DNA of 64,000 nucleotides from positions 10,891-74,890 of the IMG/VR virus record IMGVR_UViG_3300020049_005939, one strand, 5' to 3'. The position numbers were made by a program, and so were the translations under genes. The notes beneath the pieces are model-generated. The model was not told the origin of the DNA. It saw nothing but the letters and a program-made list of their open reading frames with translations, and did no database searches. This stretch comes from a virus (taxonomy: Duplodnaviria; Caudoviricetes). This document shows positions 29,204 to 37,909 of the stretch, in pieces (positions within the stretch are counted from its first letter, which is position 1; each line of letters starts with the position of its first letter).

Positions 29204-32005
29204 TTATACCTGTGTTACCACTGCTCTAAAATCAATTTTGGTTTGAACGTGACCAGCAGTAGAAGCCTTACTGTAACGTACTTGTCCAGCAGAAGTAATG
29301 TCAAAAGTAACCAAGGAGTTATCACCAACGGATTGTGCGGACATTTCCCATATTGGACCAGATTTTTGGGAAGCTGTCAATCTAAAAGTTTCAGATAAAT
29401 CGGATGTGGCGTCAATAAAAACAGACACCAAGGCATCAAACGACCTTACGGTAGCATTAGCAAAAGCTAATCCGGTTACGTTAGCATTAGCCACAACATC
29501 TGTAGCACTGGTAAAAGAGGTAAGACTAATGTCCCCAGTGGCAACTGTGGAGTTATCAATGGTAATGCTTCCAGAACCATTAGTAACACTAATTCCGGTA
29601 CCCGCCGTGATAGGATTTAGTGTGTATCCCGTACCATTACCAATTAAAAGATTACCATTAGCAGCGGCGGAGCCGTCTAAGCCCGTACCACCGTTACCTA
29701 CAGGAAGTATAGCAGTAACATCAGTAGTAAGATCGATATCACTGCTAATAACATTTTTAGATCCATCGAGTTTTAGAGGAGTTGATGCGGTTAATGCTGA
29801 AAGATTAACTGTACCGGAAAGAGTTTTATTACCATTAACGGTTTGAGTTCCTTCGGTCATTACGAAAGAAGCATCTGCTCCAGCTTCGGGAGCAGTGTAT
29901 ATCCTATTGGCAGCTAAATCAGCCACTCTAATAGTAGCGATTTCTGTCCCTGCTCCTTGATTTTGGATAGTAAGATCAGCTTTTAAGTTAACATTGCCGT
30001 TAAAGGTCTTATCGCCAGCAAAAGTTTGTGAACCAGTTGAGACATCACCAGTGTCAGTAGTGGACGCTAATGCTGATAAGAATACTTTAGTAGCTCCACC
30101 GGCTAGTGTTGCTCCATTAGTAATGAACCAATAATTGGAATAAGGGTCTAGTTTAGCCGAACCTGCCGGTCCGGTGAAGGTTCCGGTAATAGTGGTGTCA
30201 ACAATTCCAGAAGGGTCTAAGTCTTGAGCAGCACTGTTTAGTGTTATACCAGCAAGAATATTACAACTGTCAATTAAAGAGTAGTTGTTAGCAGTAATTA
30301 ACCCATCAAACTGCGATCTAGAAGCTAATTGCAATCTTAGGTTGTTGCTATTACCAAAGATACCTCTAAAACGTGAGTTTTTAACATAGGTATTTAAATT
30401 ACCTACATAACCAGAAGTGGTTACATTACCAAAAACTTCACCTTCAAAGTAAAACTCAGAAGTAATCCCAATAGCACCTTGAATAACTAAATCTCCGCTA
30501 ATACGGAATTTACTTAGATAAGATTCGTGGGTAGTCATGCCGTCTGTATTAGGGTTAATACTAGTAAAAGCAATGCCAGATCGGATACCGCCTATTGTGG
30601 CAGTACCGTTGTTATTAACTGTAATAGTTCTAGGAGTTCCGCCACTACCCCAGGATGTCCCGGTTAGTGTTCCAACTGCAACCGAACCAACGCAAACTAC
30701 TATAATTCGTTTATTGTTGATCTCAATGGTGACATCTTCATCGTATGTGCCAGAAGGGACATATACGGTGTATACCTGTCTAGCATCGGTTGTATTAGTC
30801 GCAGATGGGATGCTAGTGAAGGCAGCTTGTAGGGTTGAATATGTCTCTATGACGCCATCTAGGGGCTTTACAACAGTAATGCTGTTAGGTTGCCATCTCT
30901 GATTGATCTGTGTCTGAAGAGAAGAAGAAACACCCGAAAGATAACCAAGTTCCGTATCTGTTACAGAAGAAGCGATGGGGATACCGTTAGCATCGGAGAT
31001 TAGTGCTCTAGCTGCCGTAATGGCAGCGGCATCAATCATCACTCCAGTAGCGTCGTTGATGACAACTCGATTAGCCGAACCTGAAGCTAGTTTATCTCTA
31101 GCGATAGCTGCGCCTGATTTAATGTCAGCATTTTCTATATTAGAAAGGGTGTTTAAATCAGCATCAATTGTTTTATTTGTGAGAGTTTGGGTTGCATCTT
31201 CTAGTACAATGTCATCATTGCCCGCGCCAGGAGTTAGTGTAGCAATACCAGCAGTATTAGGGGCTTTAAAAGTCCAAGAGTTTCTATCTCCAGAAGTCTT
31301 GGCATATCCAGTAATAACTGCGTTTTCTTCAATCTCTAATCCAGTATTTGAAGCACTACCAGCTCCGCCGCCATCATTGATAGTAATGAGTTGGTCTGTA
31401 ACATTAAGATTAGTTACATTGTTATTATTGACTGTACCATTAAAGTTAATTGTAGCAGATGCATTACCTAAGTTGATAATGGTCGCATTGCCAGTTCCGA
31501 TAGCAAGGGTGGCTGCGGCTGTAGTATCGATCCCACCGTCTGTATATGAAACACCTGTTACAGTTAGATCATTACCAATGGAAGCATCGTTTGTAACAGA
31601 TAAAGCAGTACCGGCGGCGGCGGCAGTAATAACACCGTTAAAAGTCTTATCTCCGCCGAAAGTTTGTGTTGTAGCGGATACACCACCTGGGTTAGTGGCA
31701 TCGGCAGGTTGAAGGGTTAATTGAGTTTGAGTGACATTACCAGAGACATTAGAGGTTATTGAATAACCAGAAGCATTTGGAGTAGAACCAAAAGTTGCTG
31801 AAGTAAACCCTGTATCAATCCATTGTGAGGAGGTATTATCCCACACATAGACATGATCAGTACTTTTAACTACTCTAAGTTCACCGTCGATACCTAGAGC
31901 AGGTAAAGCAGCTTCGTTAGCAACTGGGTCACCGAAGTAAGGGGAAGCAGCGCCCGAACCCGTGACATCTAATTGCCCTGTTATTGGATTAAATACTAAA
32001 CCCAT
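29204..32005 (-). CDS. tail fibre/spike protein
   Basis: 933 aa, Thr/Ala/Gly-rich; repeated QTFxGDKTF and QTLTNKT motifs. Confidence 0.75.
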   Translation of the reverse strand: MGLVFNPITGQLDVTGSGAASPYFGDPVANEAALPALGIDGELRVVKSTDHVYVWDNTSSQWIDTGFTSATFGSTPNASGYSITSNVSGNVTQTQLTLQPADATNPGGVSATTQTFGGDKTFNGVITAAAAGTALSVTNDASIGNDLTVTGVSYTDGGIDTTAAATLAIGTGNATIINLGNASATINFNGTVNNNNVTNLNVTDQLITINDGGGAGSASNTGLEIEENAVITGYAKTSGDRNSWTFKAPNTAGIATLTPGAGNDDIVLEDATQTLTNKTIDADLNTLSNIENADIKSGAAIARDKLASGSANRVVINDATGVMIDAAAITAARALISDANGIPIASSVTDTELGYLSGVSSSLQTQINQRWQPNSITVVKPLDGVIETYSTLQAAFTSIPSATNTTDARQVYTVYVPSGTYDEDVTIEINNKRIIVVCVGSVAVGTLTGTSWGSGGTPRTITVNNNGTATIGGIRSGIAFTSINPNTDGMTTHESYLSKFRISGDLVIQGAIGITSEFYFEGEVFGNVTTSGYVGNLNTYVKNSRFRGIFGNSNNLRLQLASRSQFDGLITANNYSLIDSCNILAGITLNSAAQDLDPSGIVDTTITGTFTGPAGSAKLDPYSNYWFITNGATLAGGATKVFLSALASTTDTGDVSTGSQTFAGDKTFNGNVNLKADLTIQNQGAGTEIATIRVADLAANRIYTAPEAGADASFVMTEGTQTVNGNKTLSGTVNLSALTASTPLKLDGSKNVISSDIDLTTDVTAILPVGNGGTGLDGSAAANGNLLIGNGTGYTLNPITAGTGISVTNGSGSITIDNSTVATGDISLTSFTSATDVVANANVTGLAFANATVRSFDALVSVFIDATSDLSETFRLTASQKSGPIWEMSAQSVGDNSLVTFDITSAGQVRYSKASTAGHVQTKIDFRAVVTQV

Positions 32006-32014
32006 TCATTCCTC

Positions 32015-32482
32015 TTAGTCTAAGCGTTCAACTGAATCTACATTGGAGCGAGCAGCATCGTCGTATTCTACTCTAAGTCTAATCAATAAATTGGCAAATT
32101 TTGTACTCACCGAACCCGAAGCGGTAGCGGCAGCGGTTAAAGTGATTTGATCTGGACCATCAATTGAGAGAATCTGCGTTAAAACTGGAACATTCACACT
32201 AAATACATACTGACCCACTTTAAGATCAACTTGTGCGTTAGTTAACCCAGTTACAACTGCCGATAGATTGGTGGTAGTAATATTCTGAGTTTTAACTATG
32301 TCTAATGAATAGAAATCGTCGATAGCTGGGGTAGTCTGTACAATATCTCTATAGACTTTATGACCAACTTTTAGAGCAGCGAAGCCTGAAGTACCGATAG
32401 TGCCATCGTTATTGTTAGCAGCTTTTTGGAGAACTTGTCCAAAATCTTTTTCACTTAACGGTTTTGAAGTTACATCTGACAT
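32015..32482 (-). CDS. structural protein
   Basis: Beta-rich module ending ITLTAAATASG, in the tail operon. Confidence 0.5.
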   Translation of the reverse strand: MSDVTSKPLSEKDFGQVLQKAANNNDGTIGTSGFAALKVGHKVYRDIVQTTPAIDDFYSLDIVKTQNITTTNLSAVVTGLTNAQVDLKVGQYVFSVNVPVLTQILSIDGPDQITLTAAATASGSVSTKFANLLIRLRVEYDDAARSNVDSVERLD

Positions 32483-32483
32483 G

Positions 32484-32663
32484 TTAGCCTTTACTCATTA
32501 ACTTTTTAAGACGTTTAAATGTCGGCAAATTTGAATAAGCCATTTTTCCAGTGTTTTCTTTGGTGTACTCATCAGCTTTTAAAGGACTAAGACCGGGAGC
32601 TTTAATACCACCACTAGCCACGCCTTTCATAAATCTGAATTGTTTTTTAGAAACAGCAGGCAT
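32484..32663 (-). CDS. small basic protein MPAVSKKQFRFM (59 aa)
   Basis: Read by hand; fills the gap exactly; MPxxSKxQxRFM start. Confidence 0.6.
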   Translation of the reverse strand: MPAVSKKQFRFMKGVASGGIKAPGLSPLKADEYTKENTGKMAYSNLPTFKRLKKLMSKG

Positions 32664-32666
32664 CTA

Positions 32667-32939
32667 TTACCCTTTAAAATAATCAAAAACTTTATCAATC
32701 AAAGATAGTTTCTTTGGTTCATAATAGTCTGTTAAATTACCTTCTTTACCTAAAATCCAACTCTCATTGCCGCTACACTTAGCTAGTTTTAATTTTACAT
32801 CTAAATCATAACAATTGTTTGTCACGATCCTTTGTCCATTTTTATAATCAGAGTGATTATAAACTTCACCAACTAAAACATTGTGAAATTTAACCCAATT
32901 TTTAAGAATAGGAGTTTTAAGTTTCATATCCATAAACAA
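32667..32939 (-). CDS. hypothetical protein
   Basis: 90-aa ORF within the operon. Confidence 0.5.
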   Translation of the reverse strand: MFMDMKLKTPILKNWVKFHNVLVGEVYNHSDYKNGQRIVTNNCYDLDVKLKLAKCSGNESWILGKEGNLTDYYEPKKLSLIDKVFDYFKG

Positions 32940-33946
32940 TCAATTGAGCTGCGGCTGTACCGATTAGGGTTGCTAAATATTTAGCCGCTGGAGCCTGAAA
33001 AAACACATTAACTACGTTTTTTGCTATAGAAGAGGATGAACTATTGTTACCGCTGTAAACAGCGACTTCGAAATTCGCATCACCACAAGGGTAAACTGGG
33101 CTAGTTGGACCAGATGCTGAATCTAATCCAACATCGGTATCACCATATAGTAAAGATGCATGTGTGAATATCGTTGTTGTGTTAGAATGCATATCAATAG
33201 CGTGAACTGTGAAAGTTTTTCCAGCAGTTACTTGATACCCAGATGAACTATTCATTTTTCTTAAAGTAGTATAACGGTTGCTGGTTGCAACCGCTCCACC
33301 CAAGATAATGAGATTAGTTAAATCAACTAGAGTAACTCCATTTACTGTTAGCGTTTCGATGTTCCCGATTGTACCGATTGGTTTTGCCATATATTACTCC
33401 TTAAACTGCTACTAATTTGCCGATGACAGTAAACGACAGCCCGCCACCGCCATCTGATTGCATAAACGGAAATAAATTTTGATCAAACACAATTGGAATT
33501 TCCCAAGAACACAGCGTAATTATGGACCCTGATGCCGTTGATGGAAGACTGTAGACATACCGCGAAGTGTATCCGCTTTGATACTTTGCACCTGTTGGAA
33601 CCGTCGCATCAGCATCCGTAAACGAGGCGGTAGCTGTGCCAAATTGGAAGTTCACTTGAATGTCTAAACCTGGGTTTGTTGCTATCACTTTAACCGCGTG
33701 AAATTTAAAACCGTTAGGAACTTGGTAAGCTGTCCCGTCCCCAGACGCGCCATCTAGTTGATGTAGCCTGTAGAACTGATTATCGGTTCCTGAGTTAATT
33801 TGCGCATGTAAAGAAATAAATTCCCCAATTGCGCCCGTAGGAATAACAGTTGTTGATTTTATGTTTAAAGTTTGCGATGTACTAGTGACTAAATCTGCGC
33901 CACCAATACTCACTACATTACTTACATTACCTGAACCATTTGCCAT
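32917..33946 (-). CDS. two related beta-rich structural proteins (32917-33390, 33401-33946)
   Basis: Share YQV..G..F...A and an F.V....K...F/Y pattern. Confidence 0.5.
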
Positions 33947-33971
33947 AATTTATTCCTTTATCCTTTAAAAT

Positions 33972-35261
33972 TTATTCTTCAATGGCTTCTAGTAAGTTAC
34001 CAGTGCCATTATCAATGAAAGTTTTTCCGTTTGCTAACCAAATATCCCTGACTACAATACCATCAGCTCCACTGTTAAGAGTAATATCATCCGTCACTTT
34101 AACATCTTTTAAGCTGCTATAATCAGCGGAGCTTGTGAATGTTACTGTTCCAGAGATGATGCTACCATGTCCTAAACCATCAATTTTTAATTGTTTAGAC
34201 ACAGTGATATTTGCTGTATGAGTTCCTCTTAGGAAGGTGATTCGATCACCGTTACTAGCGGCAGTTTGAGCACTAGCAAAAGATGAGTAACCAGCAGCAC
34301 CAGCTAAAACGTCTGCGGCAGATCCAACTGTAAATGGGTAGATTGCTGTAAATGCGCTAGTTCCAGTTCCAGCACCAATAACGAAATCAATCATTTCAAC
34401 ACTAAGCGAAGCGGGTGCTCCACCTGCAATAGAAAGAAGATCTACCGTTAAAATATCACCCGCAACTAGTGATAATGCTGCTGATAAGGATGAGCTAGAC
34501 GATGCGGGAGCACTTGAAGCTGAAGCTATTGATGCTGTAGCAGAAGCTAGTAAAGATCCTGATCTATATTGATTCACTTGGATAGTCGTGCTACCTGAAG
34601 AACCTGAATCAATTAAGCTCATGGAAACTGATGTCAAGCTTTGTGTAGCTTGAACCATGTGTGAACCTTCAATGTTTGTATAAGGAATTAGAGCGTTCTC
34701 TAAGGTCCAACGAACTAGAAGGCTATTAGTTCCGCCAGCGCCAGAACCGATCTCAACTTCAGTACCACCAGCATTTAAGGTGTAAAGCTTATTATCAGCT
34801 TTAGCATAAATTTTTAATCGACCAGCAGCAGGATTAGTACCCGGGGTAGTAATCTCTAAAACATTTAATTCGGACTCTAAACGGATGTCACCAGTTCCAT
34901 TTGGATCTAATGAAATGTTACCATTAGCGTTAGTTGATGAAATCGTATTACCATTAACATTGATATTATCAACATCAAGATCTGTATTGACTACTACAGT
35001 TCCGGTTCCATTAGGGGATAGGTTAATATCACCGTTGGTATCTAGGGAAGAAACTGTATTACCGTCAACTTTGATATTATCAATGGTGACTTCTGCTGCC
35101 ACTTGAGTTTCAGCAATTAAAGGAGAAGAAGACGAACCGTTGTGAAATCTAATTTTATTATCAGAACTAAGGACTTCTACTTCACCTAAACTGTCTGCTG
35201 CGGAAGCAGACTTAGGTTTAATCCTAATTCCTTCAAAAAATTTAGTAAAATTTAAAGCCAT
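33972..35261 (-). CDS. tail fibre-like protein
   Basis: Duplicated DNI.V.GNT.SS...NG.I.L.PNGTG motif; short beta-helix-like C-terminus. Confidence 0.65.
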   Translation of the reverse strand: MALNFTKFFEGIRIKPKSASAADSLGEVEVLSSDNKIRFHNGSSSSPLIAETQVAAEVTIDNIKVDGNTVSSLDTNGDINLSPNGTGTVVVNTDLDVDNINVNGNTISSTNANGNISLDPNGTGDIRLESELNVLEITTPGTNPAAGRLKIYAKADNKLYTLNAGGTEVEIGSGAGGTNSLLVRWTLENALIPYTNIEGSHMVQATQSLTSVSMSLIDSGSSGSTTIQVNQYRSGSLLASATASIASASSAPASSSSSLSAALSLVAGDILTVDLLSIAGGAPASLSVEMIDFVIGAGTGTSAFTAIYPFTVGSAADVLAGAAGYSSFASAQTAASNGDRITFLRGTHTANITVSKQLKIDGLGHGSIISGTVTFTSSADYSSLKDVKVTDDITLNSGADGIVVRDIWLANGKTFIDNGTGNLLEAIEE

Positions 35262-35274
35262 TTAAATACTCCGA

Positions 35275-35763
35275 TTAATTCTGTAATAGAGCCTGTGCTG
35301 AAACTGTAAGTCGTCCAACGTGGTTAGTCGTACCAATTTGAGTAGTGGTAAACTTAACCTGTCCAGTATCAGCTATGCTAAAAACAATCTCGCCATCACC
35401 AGCGAAGTTCTGTATCAATTCCCATTTACTTCCAATAGATCCATTGGGATTGTAAACAACGATAATGTTGCCACTTTCATATGCACTAGAGGTGGGGCTG
35501 TCGGCAGTGCGAAACAGGCTATAACGAATGAACGCAGCTCTCACGAAGGCTGTGGGGAAGTTTAAAGCCTGTATATCCACTGCGGTACCCGGGTTAGACG
35601 AGTCGATGTTAATAACCTGTGGCGACACGTCATAAGGACCCACAACGCCCGATAAGGCTTCGGATACAAGTGTGGCAAATTGTATGACGGCGGGTGCCCA
35701 ATTTGGGTCGGCGGCTGAATCGGGGAAATCTATGATTGTACCGCTAATGGTGAGTTGTGGCAT
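35275..35763 (-). CDS. structural protein
   Basis: First gene after a late promoter; C-terminus resembles the fibre C-terminus (F.I...GQV.[FY]T/S). Confidence 0.5.
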   Translation of the reverse strand: MPQLTISGTIIDFPDSAADPNWAPAVIQFATLVSEALSGVVGPYDVSPQVINIDSSNPGTAVDIQALNFPTAFVRAAFIRYSLFRTADSPTSSAYESGNIIVVYNPNGSIGSKWELIQNFAGDGEIVFSIADTGQVKFTTTQIGTTNHVGRLTVSAQALLQN

Positions 35764-35795
35764 TCAGTTCCTTAGATTGAACAAAACTATATATA

Positions 35796-35806
35796 ATAGT
35801 TGTTAA
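35796..35806 (-). promoter_or_regulatory. late promoter motif TTAACAACTAT
   Basis: Intergenic copy upstream of 35763. Confidence 0.65.
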
Positions 35807-35838
35807 CCACTAAGGAACTAATTGATATGATTGATTAA

Positions 35839-36807
35839 TTAATCTTTAAAGATATCTTTAAGTTTTGTCTTTAATTTATAGGCTCTATATTCTTTAATAA
35901 AATCTTCTTTTCTGAGAGACTTCGAATTATATACCCAATATAAAGTAAAGGCGCTCGTTTTATAAACTCTGAATAATTGATCGTGTCCTTCTTTACTCCA
36001 CCCACCATTGACAAAAATAGCGATATTGTCGCCAATATAAACACCTCTAGTCATTGAAGATGTCCTTTATTTTTTTAGAAAGCTTCAGTTTTAACCATTC
36101 ACTTCTAAATTCATCTTCTGAGACATAGTGATAATCAATTTGGTATTCAGGTCCATGACATTCTTTTTCAGGAAAAATCGTTATCATAAATCTAGGAATG
36201 TCATTAGATTCGTAATTTGTGTCATATTCATCAATTGGAATTTCAATAGCAGTGGAACTGCATGCGTCATTTAATATCCATAACTTATAACCAAGGTATA
36301 TTGTACTGTAAAGTTTATTTCTCATTAAATATATCTTTTAATTTCTTTTGTAGTTTGTATTTACGATATTCTTTAATGAAGATTTCTTTAGTCACTCGCC
36401 CGTCCCAACTGGGTCCAATAAAATAAGTCTTATTATAAGTGTAGTATCTAAATAAAATATGGTCCTTGGTAATGCCTACCATTGGTGATATTCCAATATT
36501 ATCCCCGTAGATAATCTTATAATACCTATCCATTAAACGCCTTCTTTAGTTTAAGAGTTAGTTGATACTTAGCCCATTCCTCGTAAAATTGTTTTTCTGT
36601 TATGCTAGTTGTTGATCCTGGTAACCAGTGTACACGCCTCGGCGCAAAGCCACCACCCGCCAAAAATTTATTAAACATATCTTTGTTCATGTAGTCCGAA
36701 TTCACAGGTTTAAAATTTGAAGAAATAGGTCTTAAAGCCCTAACTATAACATTTCCACATACGTAATACCCTATTCCGTGTGATTGTATCTTTTTAAATC
36801 CCAGCAT
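35839..36807 (-). CDS. four tandem small proteins with shared C-terminal helix (35839-36054, 36047-36325, 36315-36533, 36526-36807)
   Basis: End KLKTKLKDIFKD, KLSKKIKDIFND, KLQKKLKDIFNEK, QLTLKLKKAFNG. Confidence 0.75.
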
Positions 36808-37003
36808 TGTGCTCCAATAAAGTCCTTTTAATATATAGAAGACAAGAACTTAATTGTGTGTCCATTGAAGGATAATTAATGAGCATGTAGTCAATGTAAA
36901 TAAGATATCGTTCGTCTGCAATGTAAACTTTATTACCCAATATGTCAAGTAGCTCTGGATAGCTTAATCCTTTTAAGTAATTTACCCATTCTAGACTAGT
37001 CAC
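36794..37003 (-). CDS. hypothetical protein
   Basis: First ORF of the inserted small-gene cassette. Confidence 0.45.
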   Translation of the reverse strand: MTSLEWVNYLKGLSYPELLDILGNKVYIADERYLIYIDYMLINYPSMDTQLSSCLLYIKRTLLEHNAGI

Positions 37004-37009
37004 AATGAG

Positions 37010-37037
37010 ATTATATCATAGGTAATGCAAAATGCAA
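37010..37037 (-). promoter_or_regulatory. sigma70-type promoter
   Basis: TTGCAT-16 nt-TATAAT with TGn extension, upstream of the small-gene cassette. Confidence 0.6.
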
Positions 37038-37038
37038 A

Positions 37039-37821
37039 CTATTTGTAATACCAGTGGTACCCTCGCGCTCCTACCCGATCTCCCTTGAGTACCCTATTAA
37101 CTTCTTTGGGTTTAAATCCATCAGATTCAACATCTTTTAGGTGTTGATATTCCTTAATCTCCCCAGTAGTCATGTGTTTTCTTATGATAGGTTTAAGCCA
37201 CGATTGTTTGAATGACCCTATAAGGTTAAGAGCTTCTTTTTTGTAGGACTCAGGGTCATCCGTGGTCTTATAGAACCAACAATAGTCTTGGCCTTTAGCT
37301 GATTCTTTATTTAGACAGTCGTAGATGGATCTAACTGAGAAACCAGCGCGACGAGCATCGTGTACTCTTTCGTAAAATTTAACATCTCCACTGTAAATGG
37401 ATACTGATACTATTGGAACAGCTCTATGAGCGGACTCTTCCTTCATTCTCGTAATTCGGTGTTGTTTTTTAATCGGATCTTTCCAAGACTCTTTTACTTT
37501 ATTAGAGATATATTCTCTTGGGATTGTGGGTCTAGCTGGGATACAATTATATCCTTTCTGAGTTGTGTACGCTTCGTAAAGTTCTATAAAATAATTTTCT
37601 TTTTCAATTAAACTGGTTCCGAATGGTACTTCGTAAATTAAAGTGAAAGTAAATTTATCAGCTCCATATTTATGGATAGCTTTATGTAAAGGTCTTTGAG
37701 ATTTTTCATTAGACTCTAGTTGATGTCTTTTCCACCTATCGTAAGGATTTTGTAAAGATGTTGAACCGATGTAAATTCTAGTATTAACTGAATTTGTTAT
37801 TTTATATATGTAACCGGGCAT
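37039..37821 (-). CDS. free-standing GIY-YIG homing endonuclease
   Basis: MPGYIYKITN..N.RIYIGST, R...H, GYN; AGGAG supports ATG 37821 rather than 37869. Confidence 0.85.
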   Translation of the reverse strand: MPGYIYKITNSVNTRIYIGSTSLQNPYDRWKRHQLESNEKSQRPLHKAIHKYGADKFTFTLIYEVPFGTSLIEKENYFIELYEAYTTQKGYNCIPARPTIPREYISNKVKESWKDPIKKQHRITRMKEESAHRAVPIVSVSIYSGDVKFYERVHDARRAGFSVRSIYDCLNKESAKGQDYCWFYKTTDDPESYKKEALNLIGSFKQSWLKPIIRKHMTTGEIKEYQHLKDVESDGFKPKEVNRVLKGDRVGARGYHWYYK

Positions 37822-37840
37822 TATATTATCTCCTAGAGCT

Positions 37841-37869
37841 AGTATAACAAAAGAAAAGGCAGAAGTCAA
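37841..37869 (-). promoter_or_regulatory. sigma70-type promoter for the GIY-YIG gene
   Basis: TTGACT-17 nt-TATACT with TG extension. Confidence 0.65.
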
Positions 37870-37880
37870 TCTGCCTTTTC
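37853..37880 (-). terminator. intrinsic terminator after the major capsid gene
   Basis: 11-bp stem GAAAAGGCAGA/TCTGCCTTTTC, 6-nt loop, followed by TTTTG. Confidence 0.75.
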
Positions 37881-37909
37881 CATTTGAATAATATTAAGCT
37901 AAGCGCTTA

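Noticed and set aside
16578-31712. + strand ORFs of 60-245 aa opposite the structural genes (e.g. 30975-31712, 29298-29846)
   Set aside because: Antisense shadows of Ala/Thr/Gly-rich virion genes, with no SD or motifs.
37822-37869. N-terminal extension of the free-standing GIY-YIG from TTG 37869
   Set aside because: The segment is the terminator/promoter; AGGAG precedes ATG 37821.
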